A stretch of DNA of 64,000 nt from Somniosus microcephalus. Lineage: Eukaryota. The stretch is taken from NCBI GenBank assembly GCA_052327205.1, contig CM126223.1, positions 58,838,001 through 58,902,000 on the forward strand. Direction: 5' to 3'. Under the pieces are notes generated by a model. The model was not told the origin of the DNA. It worked only from the letters and a program-made list of their open reading frames with translations, and did not search any database. The translations under genes and the position numbers were made by a program. Within the stretch, counting starts at the first letter, position 1, and each line of letters starts with the position of its first letter. Positions 52,044-64,000 of this stretch are shown here, piece after piece.

Positions 52044-52269
52044 TAGATAGGTACAAAAAGCAATCAGAAAGGCTGGCAAATGGAATGTTGGCCTTTATCT
52101 CGAGGGGGCTGGAATACAAAAGGGAGGAAGTTATGCTTCAGTTGTATAGAGCCTTGGTCAGACCACGTCTGGAGTACTGCGTTCAGTCGTGGGCACCAGA
52201 CCTCAGGAAGGATTGCAGATTCACCTGTGATACTGGGACTTAGGGGATTAAAGTACAAGTGACCGCCTA

Positions 52270-52585
52270 CAGCCGTCCAAGATCTCTGCACTCCTCCAAT
52301 TTTGGCCTCTTGTGCATCCCCGATTATAATCGCTCCACCAATGCCGGCCGTGCGTTCAGCTGCCTCGGTCCTATGCTCTGGAATTCCCTCCCTAAATCTC
52401 TCCATCTCTCTCTCTCCTCCTCTAAGATGCTCCTTAAAACCTACCTCTTTGACCAAGCTTTTGGTCACCTGTCCTAATATCTCCTTATGTGGCTTGGTGT
52501 CAAATTTTGTTTGTTAACCCTCCTGTGAGGCGCCTTGGGACGTTTTACTACATTGAAGGCGTTCTATAAACGCAAGTTGTTGGTG
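52270..52585 (+). mobile_element. L2 3' fragment nested in CR1
   Basis: Closely similar to 49420-49740; tail cgccttgggacgttttactacattgaaggcgttctataaacgcaagttgttg. Confidence 0.88.
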
Positions 52586-54484
52586 TTAAAAGGATTTGAT
52601 AGGGTAGATATGGAGAAACTATTTCCTCTGGTGGGGAAATCAGGAACAAGGGGACATCATCTTAAAATTAGAGCAGGACATTCGGGAGCAAAATCAGGAA
52701 GCACCTTTTCACACAAAGGGTCGTAGAAATCTGGAACTCTTTCCCCACCCCCCAAAAGGCTACGGATGCTAGGGCAATTGGAAAGCTTTCAAGTCCAAGA
52801 TAGATAGATTTTTGATGGGTAAATGTATCAAGGGATATGGAGCAAAGGTGGGTAAATGGAGTTGAGTTGCAGATCAGCCTTGATCTAATTGAATGGCAGA
52901 GTAGGCTTGAGGGGCTGAATGGCCTTCTCATGTTCCTATGTCACATTTTAATATATCTACCCTAACAGAGAGCCCCAGGACATTGGCATTCCAAACATAA
53001 AGGTTGTTCCACATTCTCACACTTCTAACACATCCAACTATGTGTAATACTTGCTTAAGCCTACAGGGTAATTGATGTAATTCAATTGATTCAACTGCAG
53101 ACAAACCTTGCAGGTAACCCTTTTGATCTCAAACATGCTGCCATTTAGCAACCTCTAATTTACCCCCAAATTGATACTCCAGGAGCCAAGAGCACCTGAT
53201 GGCTTTTTTTTCCCCTACCCTCTGCCCCAAAATAAAATTACTTCATTTGACTGGGGCACCTTTAAGACTGTAAATATTCTTTCTTTTAGGGCATTGAATG
53301 TAATGTGTTAGAGACAGTGTATAAATCGGCCAATGTGCATAATCTCTGTTTTTTGCTCTAATTATCCAAATTAATGTATTCTGTACTTTATAACGGATGT
53401 TTGAGGATTTATGCTATGTGTGTGATCTTTTGTTCAGAAGCTTTTTGTACTGCAACCACCGCAGTGGTTTGAATTGATTTCTGTGTATATAATTTATCAC
53501 CCTGGGCCATGATCCGATCTGGTGGAAGAGGTGGTGACTCCCACCTAGGTCCCAGTTCTTGTAGCTCTGATCAATTGCTATGAGGTGTACAGCAGGCTGC
53601 CTGATGCCCCTCACCCCATAGTAATGTAATTGAAGTTTTATCTCGTAATTCTTCAAAGAAGCAGTTTCTTAACATGATGCAAGTCCAAACAACATCAACC
53701 ATCTTTTGCTTTTGGCTGAACCTTTAGTCTTCCATCTATTGGTATAGTTGGGCTCCCGATCTCCAGTACCATCCTGCATTTCCATTGCTAAAGCTGCCTC
53801 CAAGACATTTGATTTCCTCTTTTGTGGCAAACCCCTTTTTCTTCAATTTGTAACTCTATAAAACCCCAAATTGTCTTAAGTTGAAAAACTATTCCCATAT
53901 CTGGAGGGGTGGTTCTTGTAGTTTGTGCACTCGAAGATGAAGTTGTTCATCATATGGGTGATCTTTCTCTTGCCTCTGTCCTGTAACCCATCTCCATAGA
54001 AACTTGTACAGTATGTCTTTTATTAGAACTATACTGTGGCCATTGTTCCTCTAACCTTTCTATTTTGCTTCCTGAGTTCCAAATATGCCTTGCTACACAT
54101 GCATCCTCCTCACTGCAATTGAACTTGACTCATCACACCTTTTCTTACTATCATTCTTTCCCAAGATCTCAAAGTTATGGAACTCCTTACTATCTGTGTT
54201 CTCTTCCTCCTGAAATTTTTCAGTCTTTTAAAATCCAAGCTTGGCATAACCTAATCACCACATCTCAATTTATCTCATCTGTTTTATTCTTTTCAACCCC
54301 TGTATCGTTCTACATTTGTAGTCCTTGGACCTTCAACTAGGTTTCCTGAATCAAGAAACACAAACGTTTGATATAACTCATTTGGAAGCTATCTCTTGAA
54401 TAGTTTTGATGTCGGTGACTCAATGAAAATGCCAACTCTTGACTTTTTTTGTCTCTTGTTTCTAATCATCATTTTCTTCCACAG

Positions 54485-54558
54485 ATTTCCACAAGACGGG
54501 TCCATTTGTTGTCACTGGAAGCGTAGATCAAACGGTAAAGGTCTGGGAGTGCCGCTGA
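54485..54558 (+). CDS. PAFAH1B1: LIS1 last coding exon ([24 protein letters not shown])
   Basis: ccacag|ATTTCCAC...TGCCGCTGA; 74 nt; TGA at 54556-54558. Confidence 0.97.
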
Positions 54559-57500
54559 TAGAATTGATCTTCTGTTTTTTTCTCCTCTTTCCCCCCCCCC
54601 CCCCCCCCGCCCTCCCCCTTCCTAACCACCCAAAACCCCCACCCCTCCGGATGCACTCAGTTACCATGGTTACCCATCGAGCTCTGTTTAATAACTATTG
54701 TCCTTAAATGTAAATTATTCTGGATGTAGATTGAGCTATTAAATGTTACACAAAAGTATTCATGCATGGTGAATCCGAATTGTATACTGTAAATTACATA
54801 CGTTGTCTAGAAGTACCATAGGTAAAGAACAAGGGCTAGCATTGGTCATATTAGACCTGGAAAGCAGAAGTTGATTGGATAATTAGGGCACTAAAAATGA
54901 CTCTGAAATTAAATCGACAATGGTGTTCTCAGTCATCGGAAATTATCTTTATTTTCACCGTCATTGTAGTCTAAAGCGCACCAAATGTGCTGATTCTGTA
55001 ATCCTTAAATCACTTTGTGTGGTACTAGGGCTCATTTAAGGAATGTGTAGGTGTGTTCATAAATTGTCTACCATTCTGTTAACCCCATATCAGGGCTTGC
55101 AACCAAGAATCCAGTGAACTCAAAATTGCAATGGGTGAATTCTGAAGACCATTGTTAGATCTCCCACTCAGGCTGGGATTAACATTCACAAATAATTACA
55201 TTTTCAAGTTGGCTTTCACTATGTAATAAATGAGACTATTTATCTTTTTAAGCCCACATGCCACCCTCCCCCAACCTTGAAATGCAGTAACAATCAAATA
55301 CACATGGCCTAACTGGTGACTGCTGAAGAAAACTGAATCAAACATTTGACCCCTGCAAATATAACTGTTTTATGGTTACGCTGTAACTGTACTGGGAATC
55401 AAAAAGTACCATCTGAGGTGTGTACTATCTAAGGATTACATTAACCACAAACCACTTCAAACAGTACTGCATCTGTGCACTAAAGTCTATTTTAGCGCAC
55501 GCTGTTAACTAATTAGATTTGGTTGGACAGTACATTAGCCTTAAAACTGAAAAATTTCAAGTGGATACTTAGCTTTCTTTAAAAAAAAATGTTGCTTCTA
55601 ATGATGAGCTTTGTAGCACCATTTCCCATAATAGACACATTGTGTTCATATGTTTTAAAAAGATATTTTAGTGACAATTATGCCATGAAAAATGCCACTA
55701 AATATGCAACACTTTTAACTAAGATACCCAGTCATTTTAAACTGAACTTTTTTTTTGTAAATGACATGCTGAAGAGAGATTTTGTTGCAACTAGTGCAAT
55801 TTGTTTTAATAGCTTTTCTTTTATTTAAAACGTATGAAAACCTTGTGCCTAATCCCAGCAACACACCCTGCTTGAAGCAGGGGCCACTTATTTTATGAAG
55901 GATGTACTCTACGACTTGAAATATTTAAGAAAATTTAATTTCTAGGACAGAATGGTGTAAAATATGCTTTGTTGAAGGCTATTAGCAGCATCTATCAGTT
56001 CAAATGGTGCTTTAAAATAATGAATTGTTAAAAAGGCCTTTTGCTCTTTTTTTGCAGTGAAATGTGCACCATGCTGTTTTTTTAAATCTTGACTTTAAGC
56101 TTGTAGTCCAGTTTAAAAACTGTCCTTGAATTTATTTTAGAAACATTTCAATTTTTGATTTCTCTGATCATTTTTGCACATAGTCAACATCCACCACCCC
56201 CCCCCCCCCCCCCCCCAAATTCTCCATGGTTCATTTATAAAATGCCTTTGGATGACCTGAACTTTTCTCCTGGAAGGAAAGTAATGTATAACTTATGAAG
56301 GAACCAGTGTCGAAGGAGGAAAAAAGTGCAACTTAAAATGTCACGTCAGCACTTGGAATTGCATCTCAAGTTCTGCTTTGTCGTGTCCAATCAATGCAAT
56401 TTCTTGTTCGTTCTGGAGAGTGTGCAGTGATGTTTTGTGAATTCTGTGGCCGCCTGCCATTGTAACTTCTGTAGTTCAATAGCAGTGACAGGAAAACAGC
56501 CAGATAATTCCAACATTGTGAATCTGTAGACAGAACATCGATTTTGGAAAGAACAATGTGCTCATTAGCGGGTAACTCACAGTAGCTGCTGTAAATTACA
56601 TGCAGTGCATCACGTGTAATGTTTTAAACTTTGAGAAATTAATGCGGAATGGTAATTTATAGCTGCATTGGGTTAAGTTCCCAGTTGCCAATCAAAATTC
56701 TAATGAAGTTGGCCTTGACAAGGGAGCTGCACTGTTCATTTTGTATATTTATGCTGATATTCTGACCTTATACTTGTGACTCGCTCGTCTTTCCTAAAAT
56801 CTGTAATACACTGGTGCAGCAAAGATATCACACGTTAAAGCCTTTGTCAAGCAACTAACTGCAAGCATATGATAACTAGAATCCAGTCCGCTACTGGGTT
56901 AGTGTTTCCATATCGAATATAAATTGTGCTGCCTGGAAATTTTTGATGGTTCCAAAAAAATCTGAAACCTGGTGACTGGAACAGTAGTGACTGTTACCTG
57001 CAAAAGAGACACTGTTACCTTACTGGAGTTGTTATGCCAAGAATTCATGTTCTCAGCACTTTCATACCTTCTATTACAGCTCAGGTTATTCTGTGTATTC
57101 CACATTAAGCCTCACCTTAAACATTTAGTGAGTTGAAGTGTAATATTTCATGTATAAACATCCTATAAAGTTTGTTTACTGGTATTTCTCCTGGCAAATA
57201 GAAAATTTCAACTCTGGCAGTTATGTTTGATGTGATTGCATTCCAGATTAATTATTGTAACCAAGGTGCCCATAACTGTTGAAACAAAGCCAAGATTGTT
57301 GAATAAGCTCCCATTTCTCTTTCCCTTCACTTCCCTTTCCTCCCCTACTGAAAAATATACTAATGTCAATTTACACAATTCTTCCAAGTTTCCAAACTTC
57401 ATTCAAAAGCAGTTTCACTGCTTTCAGAACTCAACATACCCTTGCATGCACCCTAATGGCAGTAAATTCCCATTACAGTCACTTCCTCTCCTGTAGCCTT

Positions 57501-58990
57501 ACAATGAAAGCAAAGTCCAATCAACCAAGCAAAGTACAGGCAGTTTATGGTGCATGGGCTATATGTTGGTCAAAAATATCCAGTCACATTTCAGGGTTTT
57601 TTTGCTGGTAATTTTTGTTAAAAGCACTTTTGTCAAAATTAACATACTTGACCGACAATGGCACTCCTGTTGGATACTCTGCAACTCGAGAATGCTAGCA
57701 CATATATCAAAAATTATGATTCAGTGGTACGGTATTAAAGCTTGTGGTGCTGTGAAGAAATTGAAGCAGTAGTTGTGGTAGCTCAGCTTTGAAGTGTTTG
57801 CAACTATCTTAGCTTATTTTAAAAAAAACGAGAGTTGAAGAAATATTTTCTGAACAGGTGATTAAACTCGAAGCCTAAAAGAGCTATCTTTGTGTTTGTT
57901 TTCACATTAATCTATATCATTAAAGCCTTCTTACATGTGGAATACAGTTCATTCCTTTTAGGAGCACGTAGCATTTTTCAATAATAAAACCTACTGTCTT
58001 GACCAAAATTGCTTTTGCCTTTCCATTTTTTGATCCAAAAATGTGTACATAGGAAACGATTGTTTTAAAGAGGAAACTGCTCTTAAATGGAGTAACCTGT
58101 ACATTCACTTGCCAACTGAAACACATGAACCAAAATCATTTTTAAATCCATTACACATTCCAGAAATGAGCCCTTAACTACCCATGTGCCCCATTCCAAA
58201 TCGTGGGTGACTTTAATATAAACCGCTTCCATATATATTGGTTGAAACCATCTAGTACGATTTGGCCTTCGCTGAAGTTGAAAAGAAAACTTGTATAGCA
58301 TCTTGCACTTTAAAACAACAAAAAACCGTCCTGCTTTCTTCAGTGCGTGTATGGTGTGACCAATGCTATGTCCAAGGCACTAAACAAACCTAGTAGCTAG
58401 CAAGTGTAAGGGGCTATGGAGCACTGTAGTTTTGAAAGCTTGGTTATAGACTCGCCAAGCCCAGTCTACTGTCAGTACCCTGCTTCTCCTATTTGCCTCT
58501 TCCTCTTTTTGTGAATTGCCTGGTTCAAACTCTTCTTAAATGGCCATTCCCACTGGAGCCATTTTTAACCCTTCAGACTCTGTTTTGTCAGCTATTTTAC
58601 TGGCTGTTAATTGACCTTTGCCATTCCCACTGTATCATGTGATTGGCTGCTTTCTAGTCCTGCCTTTTCCCTCAGTGTTCCTAAGGTGTTCCTGAAGACC
58701 AGTAGTGAACCTCCAAGTAGACGTTGTACTCATCACTGACACTATGGCAAGAAGTAATTTTACAAGCAGAAGCAAAGGGTGCAATTATAAGTACCAGGAC
58801 TGTGAGAAGATAATTGAGCTATTGACACAGTACAAGCAATCAGTTAAGGAATGTATATACTGCTGTGTGTTTTACAGTAAGATTTGTTGCTATCAAACTG
58901 TGTAAAACAAGATTTATTCATGTTTTCTGCATATTAAAATCTTAATGTACCAATTGGTAAAGACTATTAAAATGCATACAAAACTGCTGT
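54559..58990 (+). other. PAFAH1B1: Long PAFAH1B1 3'UTR (about 4.4 kb; end inferred)
   Basis: AT-rich with no recognisable TE; ends in two ATTAAA hexamers followed by a GT/T-rich tract; vertebrate LIS1 mRNAs are known to have long 3'UTRs. Confidence 0.7.
55225..55230 (+). terminator. Candidate proximal polyadenylation signal AATAAA
   Basis: TGTAATAAA about 670 nt after the stop codon, followed by a T-rich stretch. Confidence 0.45.
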
Positions 58991-59030
58991 GTTTTTTTCC
59001 TTCCTCCTTGTGTGGTGGATTTTTTTTTAA
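58933..59030 (+). terminator. Distal polyadenylation region (ATTAAA 58933-58938 and 58966-58971 plus GT/T-rich downstream element)
   Basis: Two ATTAAA hexamers, upstream TGTA motifs, downstream ctgtgtttttttcc...ttgtgtggtggattttttt. Confidence 0.65.
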
Positions 59031-60822
59031 ACTAAATCCATTGTTTTCAAGGGTCTAGGACCAGACTGATGCTTCCACATCACTGGTCAAGATGCTGAAC
59101 CTGGAATTATGCAGCTTTTTAACAGGGTAGTGTATTTATTAATGAGGAGTGAAACTGACCTTGGATTCTAGTCCTGTAGCAACACTGATCTTCAGGAGGG
59201 CAGCGTCCACAGCATGTTCTCCCAGGTGATGGATGTTTGGAATTGGAGGTCAGTGGCTATGACTATCATCTGTGGCAAGCACATGTGTGCATGTGGGCTG
59301 CCTTGTCATAATAACAGCAACACTCTTCAGGGGTGTTGGGAGGGGGTAGAAGCCAGTCATGTGCATCACTACTATAAGAAAATTAAGTCTTCAGAGCATC
59401 AGCATTGAAAATGAAGATATGAGTTGATCACTTTCCCCCTCCCCTTGTCTTTTTTTAGAAAAATTATTTGATTGTGAAGTTGCTTGATAGCTAATGATAA
59501 ATGCCAAATTTTTTGGAGCAAGTTAAAATCAACAGGTTATTCATTTTGGTGCTAGTGTGTCTCCTGTTCCTGTCTAAAAGTTGCATCATGTATAAAGATT
59601 AAATAACCTTTGCCTCCAGTAAATAAAATTACAGCACACTTACAAAGCATCAGGCGGACCAGACTGCATTGTTACAATTTTACTCCGCGTGCTCCATGTT
59701 CTCTCAATTTGCCATAGTATCTTTCCCTCATATATCAATGAAAGTGGATTTTCTGTAAATGCTATATTGTGCACAATTACAAAAATTTACAGAACATTGG
59801 CTTATTCAAAAGAAATGAAAAACGGTAGAGAGGGGTCAGTCATGAAGGGTCTACACACAGTCTGACCTGAAGTTGAAAGGCACTTGTCTTCTACTGAAAG
59901 GACTGCTGTCATCCTAAGAACATGCATTTATATTCAATAAAAGGTAGCTATGAAAAGAATGGTATTTCCATCAATTTTGATGAGGTCTCCACCTGAAATA
60001 GTAACCGGTCTTTAGATGATGACAGGTCTGTGTATTTCCACTAGTTTCAGGTTTTATTTTATTTCCAGCAGTATAAATATTCTAATCTTTAATTCAATTT
60101 TTTTTAAGAGCAGAAATGTTTCTGCAATCTCCAAAAGGATTACCAGATGGTCAGTTGATCATTGCTTGTAACTTCACGGGCTAAATGAATTTTAGCCACT
60201 ACTAGAGGAGGCAACAGTCGATGAGCATTAAAATAGTTTTGAGTTCAAATGGAATTGAAGTCTCCATTGTCCAACTTTTCCCCTCCACAAATGGTAAATA
60301 GTTTTGAAAATAATTGTTCTGCTTGGAAAACCCCAATTGTTCATCAATGTTGCATAATGAAAATATAATTAGTAAATGCTTTATTTTAATGTCTTAGCAC
60401 AGTATTTTACTAATTATGCTTTGATCTGGGTAGTGGCAAAAACTCACATTTTTGTTTCCACGGAATCTTTTATGAAAATATATATTTTTGCATGGGGAAG
60501 AGAGAAAAAGCGACTGATGGAAGTGGCACATATTTCAATATATTGCGATTTAGGCCTGCTTTCCATTCTTTAACCATCCGTCTCTCACTCACCAAATACA
60601 GGACACGAAAGCAACTTGTCTAGTATGTTCAATGTTGAAATGGGTGTTGTCTCCTGTCACTATCTGATCTCGGCCATGCTGTTGTAGAGATACCCATTGC
60701 CGTGGCAGCTGTTTGCAGAATGGTATTGGCTGAATCTAATTACTATCATGCTCTGAGCTTGGGCTGTGTGTGTGGCACAGGAAACAAGACAAGGAAGGAA
60801 AGAAAGAAGAATATTTTACCAC

Positions 60823-61220
60823 GTGTCAGCTTAACTCGGTGGTAGCACACTCTTCGCGGAGTCAAAGTTGTGGTTTTAGGTCCTATTGTATGACTCAAGC
60901 ACATAATCTAGACTGCCATTTTAGTGCAGAAGTGCTGCAGTGGTGGAGGTACCCTCTTTCAGATTAGACATTAAACCTGTTAAGTTGCCATTATTAGAAA
61001 GAGAGGGGAGTTCTTCCAATGTCTTGGCCAACAATTATCCCTCAGCCAAGACTACCCAAACACATCATATGATCATTTATCACATTCTTGTTTATGGACC
61101 TTGCTCTGGGCAAATTTGCTACCACATTTGGCTACATAAATTGAGTACACTTCAAAAGTAATTCATTGGCTCAGAATACTTGGTGACAGCCTGAGAGTGT
61201 GCAAGGTGCTATATAAATGC
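60823..61220 (+). mobile_element. SacSINE1/Deu-domain SINE
   Basis: Homologous to 37122-37525; gaggggagttcttccaatgtcttggccaacaattatccctca..cacttcaaaagtaattcattggc..ggtgctatataaatgc. Confidence 0.75.
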
Positions 61221-61239
61221 CACATTGAAACATAATAGT

Positions 61240-61550
61240 TTTCCCTTTACATTAATATAGCATCTTTTAACATAAATATCCCGAGGAGCTTTACAGGCAT
61301 ATGAAAAATTGACCCTGATCCAGGAAAGGAGGGGTGATTAAAAAAATTTGGTCAAAGATATGTTTTTAAATGATGGAATGTGAGTAGGCGTCGCGTGACT
61401 GTAGGGCGGAGGGAGCACTGGACAAGAGGGACGTGGATGAGATTGCAGAGATAGGGTGCGTGAGGCCAAAGAGATTTAAAGGCCATAAGGATTAAAATGG
61501 AGGATAGCGAGCCAGAGTAGGTCAGTGAGGATTGGGGCGATAGGCCGTTA
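61240..61550 (-). mobile_element. Degenerate L2 3' fragment
   Basis: acattaatatagcatcttttaacataaatatcccgaggagcttta..ttggtcaaaga..gagattgcagagatagg. Confidence 0.55.
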
Positions 61551-61569
61551 AGCTAGGTATCAGTTTAGT

Positions 61570-62640
61570 GGTTCTAGGAACCTTTTCCAGGGCCTCTCTC
61601 ACCCATCATATGACGGGATCAAAACTGGACACAATGCTCTATGTAAGGCCTTATACAAGGATAGCATAGTGCTTTTTGTTTTGGATTGGATTGTTCTAGT
61701 AATGCATTCTAACACACTATTTGCTTTTGCACTGATGGTGAACGTTAAAAACATCATGCACTATAACAACCAAGTTCCCGTTCAAAAGTTGTAAGTTCTG
61801 AACTCTGCGTGGTATACATATGCTTGGCATTGGGAAAACCCACATGCATAACACTAAATTTATCTATATTAAATGACTGCTGCCAGACACGGGGACCATT
61901 CCCCCATCCCATCTAGAATTGATTGTAATTGTTTTTTCTCTTCTACGGTCTTTGCATCGTCCATGAATTTTCTAACAGTTCCTCCTCACACCTACATCCA
62001 AATCATTGATAAAGATTGTGAAGAGCAGCGGTCCAAACAGCGATCCCGGCAGGACTCCACTAGTAACCGGTCCCCCTGCGGAACCACTTACATTAATAAC
62101 AAACTTATGTCTATGAGAATGCAACTAATTCCTTATCCAACCCAAAATCTGTGTGCCAATATCACAGGACTCTAGCTTGTTTAGGAGTCTATTGTGTGGT
62201 ACTTTGTCAAAAGCTTTTTGAAAATCCAGGCCTAAATGTCAATCTGACTACCTATATCTCCCAATCTAGCAATTTCCTCAAAAAATTCAAACAGGTTGGT
62301 AAGACATGACCACCTTTTTCAGATACCATGTGGAGAGTCTCTAATTTCTTCTCCGTCAAGATGGTCATATGGAATTATGGCTAATGATCCCTTCGTGAAA
62401 CTTTCCTACAACTGAAGTAAGGCTAATGGGCCTGTAATTTCCTGGTTCTGCCATCTTGCCCTTTTTCTATATTTGCACCACATGGGCCTTCCTTCTGTCC
62501 ATGGGAACAACCGCAGGCTCTTGTGAGCTGTTAAGTACATGCACTACGGTTTCACTGAGCACAGCTCCCATTTTGAGCACCATCGGGTGAATGTCATCAG
62601 GACCAGCAGCCCAATCGGTTCCACCCGCCTTACTCTTTCC
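61570..62640 (-). mobile_element. Degenerate CR1 RT fragment
   Basis: tgtgtggtactttgtcaaaagctttttgaaaatccagg (reverse of DFQKAFDKVPH); gaagtaaggctaatgggcctgtaatttcc (reverse of GNYRPISLT). Confidence 0.7.
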
Positions 62641-62929
62641 AAGACTGAGGGTGAATTTTCACTGGGGTTCTCCCAACTCGTGCCACAACTTCAACAAAAG
62701 CACTGTGGAAACCCCAGAGAAAACAGTAAACACCGTTTACATCATTTTTCTGGGGTTTCAGTGCCTCTTTTCCCAAAGTTACAGCAGAGAGTAGGGTAAC
62801 TCCAAAGGAAATTCAACTCCATAATGCACATCTAATTTGACACTTTTTAACTTTCAAGTCAACTGCATTATTGGGAACAGCATTGTCATAGGGAGTGAAG
62901 ACTGGCAAAATAGTCATTTAAAACCTCTC

Positions 62930-63758
62930 GTGGACCACACCAACCTTCTTCATTGTCCAGCTCAGTGAGGATGCTCTCACTTGGTTCCACTCTTTAGTTA
63001 TCTATTCATAGCCTGAGCATCCACAGCAATAGCGTCAGTATCACTGCAGTCATCCTCTTCCTCGTCTACATGCTGCCCCTTGGTGACATCATCCGAACAC
63101 ATGGAGTCAGCTTCCATATGTACGCTGATTGCACCCAGCTCTGCTTTGCCACCATTCTTGACATTCAGTCTTGGATCTGCCCTAATTTCCTTCAGTTAAA
63201 CATTGGGAAGACCAAACCATCGTCTTCATCCCTTGCCACAAACTCCATATGTTTGCCATCAATTCCATCCCCTTCCTCGCCCACCGTCTTGGGTTGAACC
63301 AGAGAGTTTGCAACTTGGACGTCCAATTCAACCCCGAGCTGAGCTTCGACCACCTTTATAATATTGCCTATCTCTGCCCTGCTTCAACCCATCTGCTCCT
63401 GAAACACTTTTGTTACCTCCAGACTCTCCTGGCTAGTTTCCCCTCCTCCACATTCCGTAAACTTCCAAAACTCTGTTGCCTGTATCCTATCCCATACCAA
63501 GTCCATCTCACCCATCATTCCTGTCCTTACTGACCTACATTGGCTCCTAGTCCCTCAACACCCAATTTAAAATCCTCATCCTTGTGTTTCCTTAAATCTC
63601 CTTCATGGCCCTGCCCTACTATCTTCGTAACTTTCTCCAGCCAAACAACCCCAGCTGTTGGCCACACACTCTGGAATTTTGTTCCTCTGCCTCTCCACCT
63701 CCCTCTCCTGAAACCTCATCTATCTGACCAACCTATTGGTCACCTCTTTTAATATCTC
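62930..63758 (+). mobile_element. Degenerate L2 RT/3' fragment
   Basis: ORF 63070..63297 MLPLGDIIRTHGVSFHMYADCTQL..LQLNIGKTK. Confidence 0.8.
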
Positions 63759-63930
63759 CAGAAAATGCTGGAAACACTCAGCAGACCAGGCAGTATCCAT
63801 GGAGAAGTTCTGACAAAAGGTCATCGACCTGAAACGTTAACTCTGTTTCTCTCTCCACGGATGCTGCCTGGCCTGCTGAGTATTTCCAGCATTTTCTGTT
63901 ATTTCAGATTTCTAGCATCCGCGGTATCTT
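63759..63930 (+). mobile_element. Short palindromic Penelope-derived element with a hammerhead-like core in its loop
   Basis: Arms 63759-63805 versus about 63852-63898 are inverted; the loop holds agtt-CTGACAA-A-AGGTC-ATC-GACCT-GAAACGTT-aact. Confidence 0.75.
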
Positions 63931-64000
63931 ACTATTGTTCTTTTAATATTTCCTTTTGGCTTGGTATAATTTTTTTGTCATTATGCTTCTCTGAAGTGCC

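Larger units (their letters stand above)
51135..52940 (+). mobile_element. CR1 LINE 3' half interrupted by a MITE (51540-52043) and an L2 fragment (about 52270-52585)
   Basis: gttccccagggatctgttctggggcc (PQGSVLG), tttgtagatgacacc (FxDD), cagaccacgtctggagtactg, tail ggggctgaatggcc..tgttcctatg. Confidence 0.88.

Noticed and set aside
51769-52119. Periodic ORFs (GGCMSGGNFGLS)n, (PEETLVYPEVVC)n and (RRKLWFIRRLYV)n as repeat-protein genes
   Set aside because: They are a by-product of a stop-free 36-bp minisatellite; there is no splice or start context.
54396-54707. 103-aa proline-rich ORF overlapping the last exon
   Set aside because: It is an alternative frame running across the intron, exon and poly-C tract, with no coding signal.
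59975-60070. Possible fifth hammerhead (ttgatgaggtctccacctgaaatagtaac)
   Set aside because: Core C3 is lost and helix III is degenerate; it is at most a decayed PLE terminus.

Overview
Eukaryotic genomic DNA, almost certainly from a cartilaginous fish: the repeats resemble shark HE1 V-SINE, SacSINE1/Deu SINE, HER1/CR1 LINEs, L2 LINEs and Penelope-like elements. The window holds one protein-coding gene on the + strand, PAFAH1B1 (LIS1). Nine coding exons, equivalent to human exons 3-11, all have AG/GT boundaries and total 1201 nt; with the missing 32-nt first coding piece this gives 410 codons plus stop. A roughly 4.4 kb, apparently TE-free 3'UTR ends near 58,990. I could not find the ATG exon (MVLSQRQRDEL), so it is presumably upstream of the window. 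The introns are dense with nested transposon debris. Three signals stand out. (1) A family of GGSC..GSCC-ended, ANT-flanked non-coding elements of about 0.7-0.8 kb is built from a fixed series of hairpins whose stems show compensatory changes between copies. (2) A TA-flanked Tigger/pogo-like MITE family keeps a conserved internal stem, and one copy has its terminal 36 bp amplified six times perfectly. (3) Penelope-like elements carry minimal hammerhead ribozyme cores. No CRISPR array, rRNA or genuine tRNA was seen. Repeat family names come from recognition and were not checked by database search.
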